A program made the position numbers and the translations under genes. From Lama glama (taxonomy: Eukaryota), in assembly GCA_028534125.1 (NCBI GenBank), contig CM052817.1:86492001-86556000 (forward strand): 64,000 nt of DNA, given 5' to 3'. Below the pieces are notes generated by a model. That model saw nothing but the letters and a program-made list of their open reading frames with translations, was not told the origin of the DNA and ran no database searches. Every line of letters starts with the position of its first letter. Positions within the stretch are counted from its first letter, which is position 1. Of the stretch, positions 25,515-39,274 are shown piece after piece.

Positions 25515-26770
25515 AATTTTTAAAATTTTTTATTGAAGAGTTGATGTACAGTATTATAAAAGTTATAGGTCTACCTCATAGTGAGTCACAATTTTTAAAG
25601 GTTATGTACTCCATTAATAGTTATCATAAAATATTGGCTATATTCCCTGTGATGTACAGTATATATCCTGCAGCTTACTTTATACATAATAGTTTGTACC
25701 CCTTAATCCCCTACCTCTATATTACCTCTCGCACCTTTCCTCTTCCCACTGGTGACCCCTAGTTAGTTCTCTATATCTGAGTTTTTTGTTGTTGTTGTTA
25801 TATTCACTAATTTGCTTTATTTTTTAGGCCTCACATGTAAATAATATCATTATAGTGTTGTCATTACAGTGTTTGTCTGTCTCACTTATTGCACTTAGTG
25901 TAAGACCATCCAGGTCCATCCATATTGCTGCAAAAGGCAAAATTTCATTCTTTTTTATGGCTGAGTACTTATCCATTGTGTGCATATAAAACACATCTTC
26001 TTTATCCATTTACTTGCCGATAAACACTTAGGTTGCTTCCATATTTTGGTAATTGTAACTAATGCTGCTATGAACATCGGGGTGAATGTATCTGTTCAAA
26101 TTAGTGTTTTTGTTTTTTTGATTGTATACCCAAGAGTGGAATTGCTGGGCCCTGTAGTTCTATTTTTAGTTTTTTGAGAAACTTCCATACTGTTTTCCAC
26201 AGTGGCTGCACCGATTTACATTCCTACCAACAGTGTACAGAGGTTCCTTTTTCTCCACATCCTTGCCAACATTTGTTATTTGCATCCTTTCTTGATGATA
26301 GTCATTCTGACAGGTGTGAGCTGGTATCTCATTGTAGTTTTGATTTGTGTTTCCCTCATGACTAGTGATGCTTAGCATCTTTTCATGTGCCTGTTGGCCA
26401 TCTGCATAACCTATTTGGAGAAAATGTTTATGTAGTTTTTGGCATTTTTAAATCAGGTTGTTTTTTTTTTTTTTGATGTTGAGTTGTTTGAACTGTTTAT
26501 GTATGTTGGCTGTTGACCCCCTGTCAGTCATATAATTTGCAAATATTTTCTCCATTCAGCAGGTTGTCTTTTTATTTTATCAAAGATTTCCTTTGTTGTG
26601 CAAAAACTTTTAAGTTTAATTAGGTCCCATTTGTTTATTTTTGCTTTTGTTTTCTTTGCTTTAGGAGACATATCCAAAAAAAAAAATATCACTACTATTA
26701 AGTCAGAGTGTATAATGACTATGTTTTCCTCTAAGAGTTTTATGGTTTCTGGTCTTGCATTTAAATCTTG
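25515..26770 (-). mobile_element. LINE-1 3' 1.25 kb, older cetartiodactyl subfamily
   Basis: The 3'UTR variant (gagtcacaatttttaaaggttat..aaaatattggctatattccc) differs from the young copies. Minus-strand ORF fragments match the L1 3' region ([33 protein letters not shown]). Confidence 0.93.
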
Positions 26771-27959
26771 AAGAACTATAAGAAAAAGAACAAGAAAAAT
26801 GGAAGCAAAATAAATCAGAGGAAAATACCTTTTAGCCTTTACACTTCAGACTTCCTGCCTTGATCACAAAGTAAAACTTACAATGAGAGATAGGCTTAGA
26901 AATGTGTGTTATATGAGGGCACATGTTCATGTGCATGTAGGAGGTGTGTGTGTCTATGTGCATGTGGTTGGGGAAAGAGAGGGCATGGAAGCTTTTTCAC
27001 ATAATGTAACTTCATCTTTGTCTTCTATCTGTCTTCTATCTTTGAAAATAAGTTACACCCTTGATTTAGGGATGAGGAAGCTAAGATTCAAATTACATAT
27101 CTGACTCAAGATTATTGGACTAATTTCTGAAGGATCTGTAAGTAATATCTGTGAATCTAACTACTAGTGAGAATTATGAGAATCAGGTGATGGGATTTTG
27201 ATCATATATGAAGAGAAATCTGTCACACAAATGCAGACTCAATGAAAGTAACTTTATTTAAAAAACTTATAAATGAAAAAAGTTAATTTAAAAATGATGA
27301 ATATGTCGTTCAAAACAGAAGAGTAATTCAGGAAATATCATATTATTAGTCCAACATATGTTGTTCAATTATATAATTACTTGAAATGTATAATCCAAAT
27401 TTACTGTCTATTTTTATTTCTGAAATAAATCTTTTCAAAAATTTATCATGGTGTCACATTAAAATAAAGTTGTTTCTTGAAGCTAACAATTATAGATATT
27501 TTAAAATGTAGTGTGAGCATGCTATTGTATCTAATAATTTTTTTAAAGTTAAGACATCAGCAGCATGTAAGAACTGTGTTTTTTTCTTTAACTACAAAAA
27601 TGCATAGTGTACAGTGAAATAAATTTTGGAATGCATTTAAAAATCATATGCATACATTGATTAAATTTTATTCCTAGTATTTAAATGACATCATTTATCT
27701 TCTATAAAATACTCTCCTTCATTTTAAAGACTTCTCTGGAAAACCATTCCTTATGTATCTTCTGTAATATCAAACAAAATATTGATTAATTTACTCATTA
27801 GAAAGACCTGGAACCTGAATTTCAAATATATTTCTAAAAGGATGAATGATTATTTATAATTCATCATTAAACATTAAGATAGTAACAATTAATTCTTCAC
27901 TCTCCTAAAATGATCATTAAAATCATCATTATGCAGCTTCTGTGTTGTCTTCTGATTAT

Positions 27960-28260
27960 AAAACTGGCCATGCGCCAGAGAGAACTGTGCACCGGAATCA
28001 GCGATAAAGGCCAGGTGCACCCAGCAGTGCTTCCACTTATGCAGCCATTGCTGCTCTACCACCAAGCAAAAACCTTATGAAATTCTGTGTTAGCTGCTTC
28101 ACTGCCTTTTGATATCTGAGAAGCCATTCTTCCCTTAAGCCTATTATTAATAAGTGGGTTAAAGAAAAAAATATATACAAAATGCTGGTGGAGTGAAAGA
28201 AGAAGTTTATTCCCCACTGTGGCTCATGATCACTGCACGTGGCCTTCTGGATGTGGAGGG
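27960..28260. promoter_or_regulatory. Candidate enhancer in unique sequence
   Basis: Local GC/CpG retention, a full NFI-type site TGGC-N5-GCCA at 27965-27977, GATAA, and E-boxes CAGGTG and CACGTG. Motif-level evidence only. Confidence 0.3.
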
Positions 28261-28949
28261 AATTGTAATTAAATGTAAGGAAATGTGGACTTGTTACAAG
28301 TTAGAATGGCTTTTCTTTAGCAAACCTTAATATTTTGACTAAGTTTTATTTTATTTTTTAAGAATAAGTATGTCAGATAATTTTTTATTAATATGAAAGA
28401 TAACATGTAGCAGACAATGTGAATTGACACTTGATTTCACAGATTTTAATTTAAAACATCAGCCTGTTTTTATTATCTGCTTCAAGAAAGAAACCTAATT
28501 CTTCACCTTTGGCAACATGATAAGTCATAGTTTTTGAAAACACTAGGGTAAAATATTTTGGCATGTTAGGGCATGGGAAATATTTTATGAGCTAAGAGGG
28601 ACCAGTTCAATTTATTGCATTGGCTAATTCTAAGCACATCCATTTTTTTCAGCAGAAATAAACCAGTCTGAAGAGAAAACTAAAAGAATATTTAAAGACG
28701 TGGTTAAAGTATCTATACAGTGACCATGGCATTTAGAACATTTACTTGTCCATACCAGACTTAACATTTGTAAAAGTAGCTGTGCAATTCTTATTACTGA
28801 CTCAGCTGAGTGTAATTGATAGAAAAGGAGTTTTGCTGCTCCCTAGTGAGGAAATTAAGTGATCAAGTGATGATGATAATAAGTCAATAATAAACTGCAT
28901 CATGCTTTTTACACCCAACAAATGTCAAACTTCATACAGAGGTACTTTA

Positions 28950-29300
28950 TAGCCAGAAAACAGAATATAAAACACCAACAGTATTCCAAACATAAAACAA
29001 CAAGAATGTTCCAAACAAAAAATTATGATAATCCTTCATCAGTTTATTTAGTTCTATGTATTTAATTCTTGTTTCGCTTGATCTTGGGTTAGCAGATCTC
29101 ATGAACCCATTAGCTTCTTAATTAGCGTTCTGGATTTCTGACTCAGCTCAGTGGTATTGTCTCAGAGTTACGAATAATGCCATCAGACCCCTGTATCCCA
29201 CAGTACCTGGCATAGTCCTTTCCATGAGTCTGCAAGATAGTTCCTTTTTGTTGAAGATGAATCACTCGGGCATGTAGCTGTTTGCAAAAGCTGTCAGGGA
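28950..29300 (-). mobile_element. ERV1 internal-region fragment (MER4/MER34/MER57-int-like)
   Basis: ataatccttcatcagttt..taattcttgtttcgcttgatcttgggttagcag..atgaacccat..gtcctttccatga matches my recollection of non-autonomous ERV1 internal consensus sequences. Confidence 0.65.
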
Positions 29301-30753
29301 AACATTTGTTTCTGCTTCTTTATTTTCTGAAGGAGAGTGTATAAAATGGCTGATATTTTTTCCTTAAATGCTAGGTTGGATTCATCAATGGAACTCTGTG
29401 GTCCTAGAGTTTTCTTTGTTGAAAACACTTTAAAGTGAATGTATTTGATAGCCATAGGGCTATCCAAGTTATCTGTTTCATCTTGAGTTAATTTTGATAG
29501 TTTGCATCTTTTAAAGAAAGTAGTACGTTTCATTTAAGCTGGTGAATTTCTGGAAATACAGTTTTGTGATGTTTCATTATTATCACTAGAGTTCCATATG
29601 GTCTCTAATACTATCTCCTCATTTCTCTTTTTTTGGAGACATCAGTGATTTATTGACTAGTATGATTTCTCATTTTTAATTCTGTTTAGTTCTACAGTTA
29701 TCTTATATTCTTGTTTCTACTTGCTGTGGGTTTACTTTGCTATTCTTTTTCTGGTTCCCTTAACGATTTGAAGGCTTTTGTTTATCTAATGTAATACATA
29801 CAATTTAACTCTATAATTCTGTAAACTTTTCCTTGAAGATTGCTTTAGCTGCATCCCATAATTTTTAATGCTGCATTTTCATTCCATTCCAAATATGATT
29901 AAATTTTCTTTGAGGCTCTTCTGTTATCATAGATGGTTTCAACATGGGTTGTTTAATTTCCAAATATTTGGGGATTTTTGAAGTGTCTTTCTTGTATTAA
30001 TTTCTAGTTTATTTTATAATATGAGAATGATTTTTATTTTTTAAACTTGTTCTGTGGCAGTTTGTGGTTTATCTTGGTGAATATTCCCTACCAGCTGTAG
30101 TTCTGGTCCCAGGAGGTATTCCTGACACTCCCTCAGGGGTAGAAGATCTCTCTTTTTTCCCATATGTAATGGTTGTTCCCAGTGTCTCAGTGATGTCAGT
30201 TTTTATTACTCTTCTCACAAATTACAGCTTTTCTTTCCTATTTTTTCCCACATATTTGATACCGGAGAATGATTCTTATGCAGTTTTTTGCCCCTTGTCA
30301 ACACCTGCTCCCTTTACCCTGTGCTGTTTTGAGAAGGCAGATTTTTTTTTTAAGACACCTCCCTTTTCTGTGAGCTTCTGCTGGAGTTTGTAGGGAAAAA
30401 GGCCAGCAAAAAGCTGCAGTTCCTGTTTATACGTGTGGCCGCTAGGAGCTCCGTGCTCTTCTGCCAGTCTGCTCGCGGTCACTGCCAGTTCATCGGTTAT
30501 TCTAGCTGGATTCTTCTTGCCCTGCAGCCTGCATCCTCTGCCCTTCTAATGCAGTGTTTGCTGCCTGCACCTCCCTGCAGGAGTCTATGTGTCTTTAGAT
30601 TTTGGATTATTTGATTGCTCTGAAATGTCAGGTCTCTGATGGGTTCAAGTAAAGTCACAGACCTGACTGGAATTCTGTCCGGATTTTTTCTTTTTGTAAG
30701 TATGGTGTGATGCCCTTTCCAACTCTACGTATTCCTGAGATGAAGCCAAAAGT
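29301..30753 (-). mobile_element. Old L1M: ORF2 (EN to pre-RT) fragment joined directly to an L1MC/L1MD-type 5' end
   Basis: ORF 29294..29533(-) KLTQDETDNLDSP..KKTLGPQSS..FKEKISAILYTLLQKI resembles ORF2 LNRP..KKSPGPDGF..FKEEL.PIL.KLFQ. Near 30060-30087 the minus strand reads GIFTKINH (EN motif GTFTKIDH). 30090-30753 is GC-richer and ends with an L1M 5'-end signature (tctctgatgggttcaagtaaagt..gaagccaaaagt). Confidence 0.8.
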
Positions 30754-31844
30754 GAATATAAGCCATTGAAGTTCAGAGATTCTGCCTTTTAAATTAGAAT
30801 TTAAAGCATTTACATTTGTTCAAACATTTTAAGTTGTTCTATTTTCATAATAGCATTCTGTGAATGCATGTTTACATACTAAAAAAAGTATAAGCAGTAA
30901 AGAGGAAAAAATTCAAAAATGAGACATTAGGAGTCTAATATTGTGCCAGATTCTTTAACTCCTTGGTCATATGAGAAATAATTACATTTCATCATCATAT
31001 TTGTGAAAGTAAAAATTCTCCAACTTTAGGAAGTTTCCGTATTTGGCACGGTACCAGGAGCACAGACTTTACATCATACGTAAAGCTGGACATGCCTTGA
31101 AGAGACAGGCCTGATGATATAGGTGTACATACTAATATAGCCACGAGATGATTGATAATGATAACGCCACAGAGATCTCTGAAAGGCCCTTGAGATAATA
31201 TAGATTAGCCTACAAAATTTTAATAATGGGGTTCAGAAAAGAATCTGGGTAAGGAGGTTCAAAAGAAATGAGAAAAGTCATAAGCAGTATCAATAAACAC
31301 CCTACATAGAGCACTCTAAGTATCCAAGTAGGATTTTCTCCAGTGTATTGATTTCCCTTTCCATCCACCCATTTTGGGGAGGGTCTTGTGCAAAGGCAGC
31401 TATCATTTAGATTGTCTTTAGTCTTTTGAGACCAAGGAGAAATATCTTAATGCAGAAATGTACACTTTACTTGCTCATAAATTGGTTTGTTTTACAGCCT
31501 TATCTTTCACTCTGAGTCATTATATAGATAAGTTTAAGTATGTTTCAATATTTTCCCCAGATCCTTTACTTCAAATTCCTAGAGTTAGTATGTATGTCAA
31601 AGACTGTCCTATTCTCAGGAAAAATAATTTTCTTTTAGAAAAATTTACTAACTTTTTAATTAAAGTGCCATATATTCTTTAAACATTATATCCTTAGGTT
31701 TTAGCAGAGGCAAGCACATCTATATATTTTAGGTTAATAAGCCTACTTGCTATTTTTGATTGATAATTATGTAATTTTTAACAAATGGAAAAATACATAA
31801 GAATTTAACTAACACACTAAATACATTTAAAATCAGACATGACA

Positions 31845-32055
31845 TGAAAAGCCAATGCTCATATACTGATTTCAGTGCGTTAATTAATATATTAAGTATT
31901 TACATGTATACAAAATCATTTAATTATTATAATAATCCAACAAAGTTAGTCAATTAATATCATCCTCATTCTGCAGATGATGAAATTAAGGCAGAGAAGA
32001 TTCCTGGAAACCTAATTAACAAATGTTAGGCTCATGATTTGTTTCTAGTCCATAT
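31845..32055 (-). mobile_element. MIR
   Basis: Contains the MIR core atcctcattctgcagatgatgaaattaaggcagaga. Confidence 0.75.
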
Positions 32056-32959
32056 ATCTTCCGTTGTCTATATTAAAAAGAAAACTGCAAGGCCTTTATG
32101 TCTTTTATAAAAAGAAAATAAAAAATCAGTATAATGCATATTAATGCACACAGAATTTACACACACACACACACATAAAGCTTCACAAATAAGAGTTATA
32201 GTGAAAATCAGTTCTTTGTGAAGTTAGAGGAAACCAAGTTTAATATCTCTTTTTATTCAAATGTTCTTAACAATATCCCTTTTGAATAATACCCATTTAC
32301 CACATACCTTAGCTTACTTTATTATTTTTAAATCAATGTTGAGTAGATCATAGGGCGTGATAAAGATGCATTTTATTGATCAGTGTCATAGTCGTCAGTA
32401 AAGACCATTTATCATCAAGGACTCAAGAATCTTGGAGAGATACAGGTATTTAGCCATTATTTTGCCACTGACACCTCATTTAGGTTGCCTTTGGATAAAT
32501 AAATGGATATATAAATTCCTACAAAATAACATTCAGTTTCTGACTTCACTGGATTTTATTTTAGAAGTAAAAATTTAAATTTGTTGTTATCACTTGAAAC
32601 ATGTTCATTCAATAAAATAATTAACCATCATCTAAGTGAAGATTTCTAAGCTGAGTGAAGAACCTCAGTAATGAGTAAAGCATTCATAGTCCATCTTCAG
32701 GAATATTAAGTATAAAGGAAATGAATAATTGCGTTAGCAAATAGAGTATAAAACAATGGTAAAAGAAATAAAATAGGAGCATATATCTGAAATATCTAAT
32801 ATATTTTTGAAAGGAATGGATGTCTACCATTCTAGAAGAAATAATTGATGCAACTGAAAACAGTATGAAATACAGAAATAAACAGCAAGCAATGACAATC
32901 ATATATACATATTTTAAATTCAAATTAGAAAGAGTTTCAATATATAAGGATTCTCTGGA

Positions 32960-35900
32960 GATTTAGGTCTAGTGAACACATTTATCATCTCAAAAATTCC
33001 GTTTATCCCTTTATAACCGTTTCCCCTTTCACTCCAGACCTTGATAACCTAAAACCTGGTATTTGTCCCTGTACTTTAAAAAATCCTGTGTGTGTAATCA
33101 CAGACCATGTAGTCTTTGCTTAGAGTAATGTTTAGAATCATTGTGTATCATTGCAGGTATGAGTAGTCCATGCCTTGCTATTACTGCATGGTATATTAAA
33201 CATATGTGCCCCATTTGTTATTGATCCTCCCGATGTGGATATTTGGGTCATTTCTAGTTTTGCTATTATGAATGAAGCTCTTACACAAATGCACAGATCT
33301 GGGTTATGTTTTACACAGATCTCTCTTAGGTAAAGCACCTAGATATGAAATAGTCGAGTCTTATGGTACTTGCTCAATTTTATAACAAACTGCTTAATTA
33401 TTTTCCTCAGTGTCAGTACCATTTAGAATTCCCACCAGCAGTGTATGAGAGCTGTACATTCTTTTCTTCCATAATTTTGGTACTTAGAGTATTTTTGGTT
33501 GTTTGTTTTAAGTTTAGTCACTCTAATATGTTTGTAGTGGTATTCCATTGTGTTTTAAATTTGAATTTTCCAAGTGAGTTATGATATTAAGAATCTTTTC
33601 ATATGCTTATTTGCCATCTTTCTATCTTTTAAGGTAAATTCTCTCTTCAAATTTTTGTTGAATATTTTCTAATTGCTGCATTTTGAGAGTGCTTTATGTT
33701 CTCTAGATACTAGACATTTATCATTTATGTGTTTTGTGAACATTTTCTTCCAGCCTGTTGCTTGTCTCTGACTTGTTTAAATAGGCTGCCTTTCAAACAA
33801 CACATTTTTAATTTCAGTGAAGCCAAATGTGTCAATCATTTTACCTAATGGATTACACGTTTGATGTCCTAGCTAAGAAATCTTTCCATTTTATGTCACA
33901 AAAGTATTGTCCTGTACTTTCTCATAGAAAATTTTATAGTTTCAGCTTTTACATTTTGGTCTATAATTCATTTTGAGTTTTTTTTTGTATATGGTGAGAG
34001 GTTTGGGTTGAAGGTACTGTTTTTTTATATATGAATATTCAGTTTTTTCTCCGCACTATTTGCTGCAAAGTGTGTCCTTTTAACATTGAGTGACCTTAGT
34101 AGCTATGTAAAAAAAGTTGACCATTTATGTGTGCATCTGTATTTGAACTATTTTGTTTCATTGATCTGTATGTCTGTCTTTATGACAGTACCACACTGTT
34201 GCATTTATTGCAGCTTTTAGATGGATTTTGGCTTTGTTTTGCAATCCTAAACCAGGTAGTACAAGCTTCCAAATATGTTCTTTTTCAAAATCGTTTGGCT
34301 ACTCAAGATCTTCTGTGAATTTTAGACTCAGCTTGTTTATTTTTGCCACCATCAACAAAAAAAAGAGCATACTCTGATTTTATTTTTATTATGCTGTAAA
34401 TCTAGATGAATGGGGGAAAATGACACCTTACAAATATTGATTCTTCAAGTCTCTGAGTATCGTATATGACTCAAATTTAGTGTTTATGCTGGTTAACATT
34501 CTGTGAGCTAATCTATGGTTTGATTTTTTTTTAAATAATTTTGAACTATTTCAGCTTTCAAGTATTTTCTCTGTATTATTCTTTTTCTTCTTTTGGATTG
34601 AAATCCACACGTATTTCACCACAGCTCTTGGAGTCTATGTTCTATTTTTTATTTTTCATCCTATCTTCTCATTCTTAAAAATTTTGGATACTTTATATTG
34701 GCCTGTCTTCAAGATCTTTCCTCACTTCTGCCATTTAATCCCTTCTTATAATTTCCATCTCTCTGCAAAATTATCTACCTCTTCATGTTTGCCACCTCCT
34801 ACAATTACTCTGTTCTTTAACATATTAATTATAGTTATTTTAAAGATGCTTTCTTATAGACCCTTTCTTTCTTTCCACCATCTACATCCATCCTCTCCAT
34901 GTCTTGTTTCCATAATTGCCTTATTCTTTGATAGATTTATTTTCTGTCTTCTTGGTGCATGTGACACTTTTTGATTAAATGATGCACATCATGTATAGGA
35001 CAGTAGCAATTGAGAAAAATTGCTGTTAAATTCTAGAAATGCTTCCCCTGTTTGGCCATTAATGTGGGAACTTGGTCAGTCTGTTCAGGAGTTCATCTGG
35101 ATTTGAGTTTTATTGTAGCTATTGTTATCATCAGTGTACCACAGACTTCAAATTTCTGTAGTGTTGGGCTGATACTGCTGCATGCTGAGGGTTGGGGATA
35201 AGGTCCCGAAAGGTGACCTAAGTGACTGCTCCACACTCTTTAAGTTTTCAACCAACCTTACTTGCATAGCTGCACTTCAAATGGGACGGTCACCATACTC
35301 TTCATCCTCCCTCCCCATGGACAACTTCTCTGGATCACTTCTCTCCAGGCTTGTGTTAGCATGTGTGGCATAGTCTCAGTTGGCCAGTTTCTGCCTAAAT
35401 GCTAGGCATCCCTCCGCTTTTGGGCCTGGGGAGGGTGGAATTTCTCAGTGCTCTAAACATTGCCTTATGTGTGAGATTGTACTTGGAAGGGTGTTTTCTG
35501 CCCTTCTCCCGTCAGTAGCTGATCTCACGTTTGGATTAATATAGGATCCAGGACCAGTGAAGTCTCCTGGCTCTCTCTCACTGATAGTTTCTTCTTCTGC
35601 CCTTCCCCAACAATAAGTTTTTGCCTATTGTTCTGAATATTTCCTGTCCTCTCTCAGGAGCTTAAGGATTTGATCTGAAGGAGAAGAGGAGAGCTGGCAG
35701 TATTTGTCTTGTGCTCATCCCCAAACACCAACAATCACCTCATGTATTTTTGTTGCACTGAGCAAGGCTTTCTCTCATTTCCTCCTTCCCTGACCCCAGT
35801 CTTACCTGTGAGCAGTGGTGGGGGCCATTGAAAAAAGCCTTGTGTATGAGGCTACTAACGATTACAGACTGATACAATACCCAAACTCTGTCTTTAGTTT

Positions 35901-36185
35901 TGGATAAGACTTACCAGTTTGCGTGGTGACTGATTCTCTTCTTCCTGTGCCCTTTAATAAGGCAGAGTTTGTGTGTTCTGTTTCTTCTTCTTCATGGAAT
36001 TTGTCTTTCTTCAGAATTCATGCAGCTTGCTTTTCTTGTCCTCTTCTGATTTCAGAAAGTAAGGTTACTTGGCTGTCCTCTGGTCTCTGATGGACCCATG
36101 TGAAGCTATGATTTTGTAATTTATTTGGTTTACTTAAAATTCTGGTGATCTTGTCACTTTCTGCATCTATAATGGGAGCAGAAAA
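32960..36185 (-). mobile_element. Old L1M with 3'UTR, ORF2 C-terminal half, ORF1 remnant and 5' end (internally deleted or composite)
   Basis: 32960-34470 resembles the reverse L1M 3'UTR/ORF2 (ttcccaccagcagtgtatgagag; atatgcttatttgccatc; ataattcattttgagtt). 34500-35000 is ORF1-like T-rich text. 35000-36185 is a GC-richer 5'UTR ending tctctgatggaccc..gctatgattttgtaattt..gggagcagaa. Confidence 0.8.
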
Positions 36186-36669
36186 CTAGAGGTCATTTTT
36201 GACATTTTTTTCATTTCTAGTTTTGATTCCTTCAAGTCCTTTGAATTTTATCTCCTAAAGATCTTTGGGCAATATAATCTAGGCCAGTTATCTTTTTAAA
36301 AAAATCATCATTTCTATACATTTTCATCATTTTTCCACTGCCAGTCAAAGAACTTGATAATTAAGGAAGAAGGCCAATTAAGGGCCGCATGATTATGAAA
36401 ATGTCACAGCAAAGTTGAGACCTGTGCTCTCATTTGAACTATAGAAACTTTTAGTGAGGCTGACATATTATGAACATAATACAAGAAAAAAAATTAGAAT
36501 TCTTAAAGATTAAACTGCTAACTAATATTTTCCTTGACTTACGTTTTTTAAATTAAATTTTCCCATAGAAGAATCCGATGTCTGAACTATCTCCCTGTTG
36601 CTGAAATGTTGTTATTTGAATACTAGCTATTTGTGACTGGGAGCTCCAAAGTACTTAATGAGGTATTAT

Positions 36670-36880
36670 CCGGTAGTAGTGATGCATAGGACTTCTGGTG
36701 TTTTGCTGCCTCGACTTGAATTCTAAATCCAGCATGTGTGTGACTGTGTGCAAATTTATTAATTTTGCTTCAGCTTTTTCATCTGCTAAAAGAGATGATA
36801 AAAATAATTTTCATAAGATATCTATGAGTATTAATTGAGATAATACATGTAGAGTGCTTAGAAAAGTACCTGGAACTTAT
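36670..36880 (+). mobile_element. MIR
   Basis: tgtgtgactgtgtgcaaattt..cagctttttcatctgctaaa..attaattgagataatacatgtagagtgcttagaaaagtacctgg follows the MIR consensus. Confidence 0.85.
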
Positions 36881-38061
36881 TTTTTTATGTTTTTAATATT
36901 TTAAAATATGTGATAAAATAATTTTAAAAGTACTTACTCATTTAAAAAATCTCGACAGATTGACACTAAATAGTGTTGATGAGGGAATTTGTAAATGAGT
37001 ATTCCAGATTCGGAGAGAGAACATGGATTTTGAAACATCTTTTCTTATGGTAAATTGTGGGAGGTAGTACAAGATTAGTGTTAGGATCCTCCATGTCCAT
37101 TTTTACATTGGTACAAAACAAATTTGAACAGATTGTGTACTTGATAAGTGAATAAGGAGAAATGCAGAAAATGAAGGTAATGTATAATAATAGTACCACT
37201 CAATATTTATTAATTTGGTGCTTTCTACATGCCAAACCTTCAAATAGTTCACCTGTTGAGAAAGACAGTGCTCGAAAGAACAAGACATCATTACCAACAA
37301 TAAATACACCAGAATGTGATCCATATATGGTTACTACTTACTGGACATTTTGAAAGGGAGAGTCAGTAAAGACATCATAAAATAAATCAGCATTACCTAG
37401 AAGGCCTCACAGTGCCTCACAGTGGATGTGTAAGCTATGAAAAAAAATCAAACAAGAGTATGTTTATTCAAAACTCATTCTCAAAACCACATCTGTTATC
37501 TCCTTCAGTTTGTGAGAGCAGATTAAGACCTGACCATTCTAGCTGTACTTTTCACCTTCAGACACCATGCCTTTGATCTTTGGAGACATCAAGTTCTGTC
37601 CTGTAAGTCACTCTTTTTAAGCAACTGCTTCTTCTTGTCTGAGAAATAAGGAAGTTATCATCTAAATGCAAAGTATCACAGAAATGTACAGTTTATCAGT
37701 TAAATTCAGTACAATGCTATGTGTCCATCCTCATTCTTACTGTAATCATATTTTTATCTCTGTTCTTATCAAAGCAAACCGTCCTCTTTTTAATGTACTA
37801 TACTCATGATATTTTATCTACTCCATTCATACTATACTTAATAATTTGGTACTTCAGTTAAATTATTTGCACACAGTAGATGTTTCTCAGGTGGAAAAGG
37901 CAAAGCAGAGAATTCCAGAGAGAGAGAACAAAATATTAAAATAGGAAAGATGCATTCTTAGGAAGGCAGTAAATTCAGCGTTAATGGGGAGATGTTCACA
38001 CTAGGAAGAGTGGCTGGTGAAGCTGCAAAGGCATCCAGGGTTGCAAATATGATACGGTTGA

Positions 38062-38750
38062 CAGTTTAGCATAGGTTTTCTAGAAAACAGGTGCTGGAGC
38101 AAAATATTGTCTATAACTCCATATTGGGAAGAGCAGTCCCAGGAGAAGAAAGGGTAAAAGGAGTATGAGTTGGGGGGAATGGGAGAGCAAATATGAGGAG
38201 TAAATTTTCTGGCTGACCACAGGTTAACAAGGAGAACTGCTGGCTTGGTCATTGATACCTGTGAGCTATCTATCAGTGGTGGGAAGAGTGTCCTTCTGCC
38301 TGGTTTCCAAGTAGTCAGGGTGGGCTGCTTCTTATTATCATCATGTTCCACCAATTCTAAACAGTCACAATGATGAAATACTGCTCTCAGCACCCAGGGT
38401 CAGAGGCCTCTCAGCATACTTTACACAGGCCATATGTTCTATGTAAGAATTCACCAACTAGCACTTTTTGTTTTTCAGTCTCCCATCATTCAAAGTCCAT
38501 CCCAAGGAACCTTGACTTCCCTAGTTTTATCACCCAGAAACCAGTGAAACCAAAGCTCCCATGGTTCCAACTTCTTTATGGACCTGGCTAGTTCACAGTC
38601 CTGAGTCTTTTTGCAAATGGGAAAAAAATATACAGATTGCCCATATAGTAGATGCAATGGGCTCAGTAGACCTTCAAGGCGTTGAGGCCAGCAGATGCCT
38701 GTGGTATTATTGTTGTACCTGAGAAAAGGCAAGTATGTGGATCAGGGTGT
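38062..38750 (-). mobile_element. Ancient ERVL LTR (LTR16/LTR33-like)
   Basis: taggttttctagaaaacaggtgctggagcaaa..attgggaagagcagtcccagga and gtctcccatcattcaaag..ttgacttccct resemble reverse LTR33/LTR16. The block is GC-richer than its flanks. Confidence 0.5.
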
Positions 38751-39274
38751 TGTGAATCGTATTTGATAAATGCACCACTCAGGAGGAATCTAATTTTAGT
38801 TGTCTTGTCAAGATGAATAATTATATATTTTAAACAAGTAATTGATATAGTTAGAATTTTAGATGACTGCAGTCATAAATTAAATAAGACAAGGCATTTT
38901 AAATGGGATTCATTGATAATCAATAGTTCTGGCAAAGTGAGAAGTGTGAAATATACCACAGAGCTATAAAGGGTATCACTTACAATATATGAAGAATGTG
39001 AATAGGCCAACATTCCCAGGACATCAGCTTTTGTTCCAGAATATGTGCTCAGTCCTCCACCTTTAAACTTTATGTCATGCTTCTAGTATTCAAAGACAAA
39101 GGATTTTGGCATTTTTATTGCTAGATACCCAAATAGACTGCAATTTTTATGATTATTCATTCATGAGGAAAATGGAAAAATCAGCTAAATACCATTCTTT
39201 AAACAAATTCTTTGGCCCACTCTTTGTTTTTTTGTCTATGTTAGTCAAGACATTATGAATTACATTATTAAATT

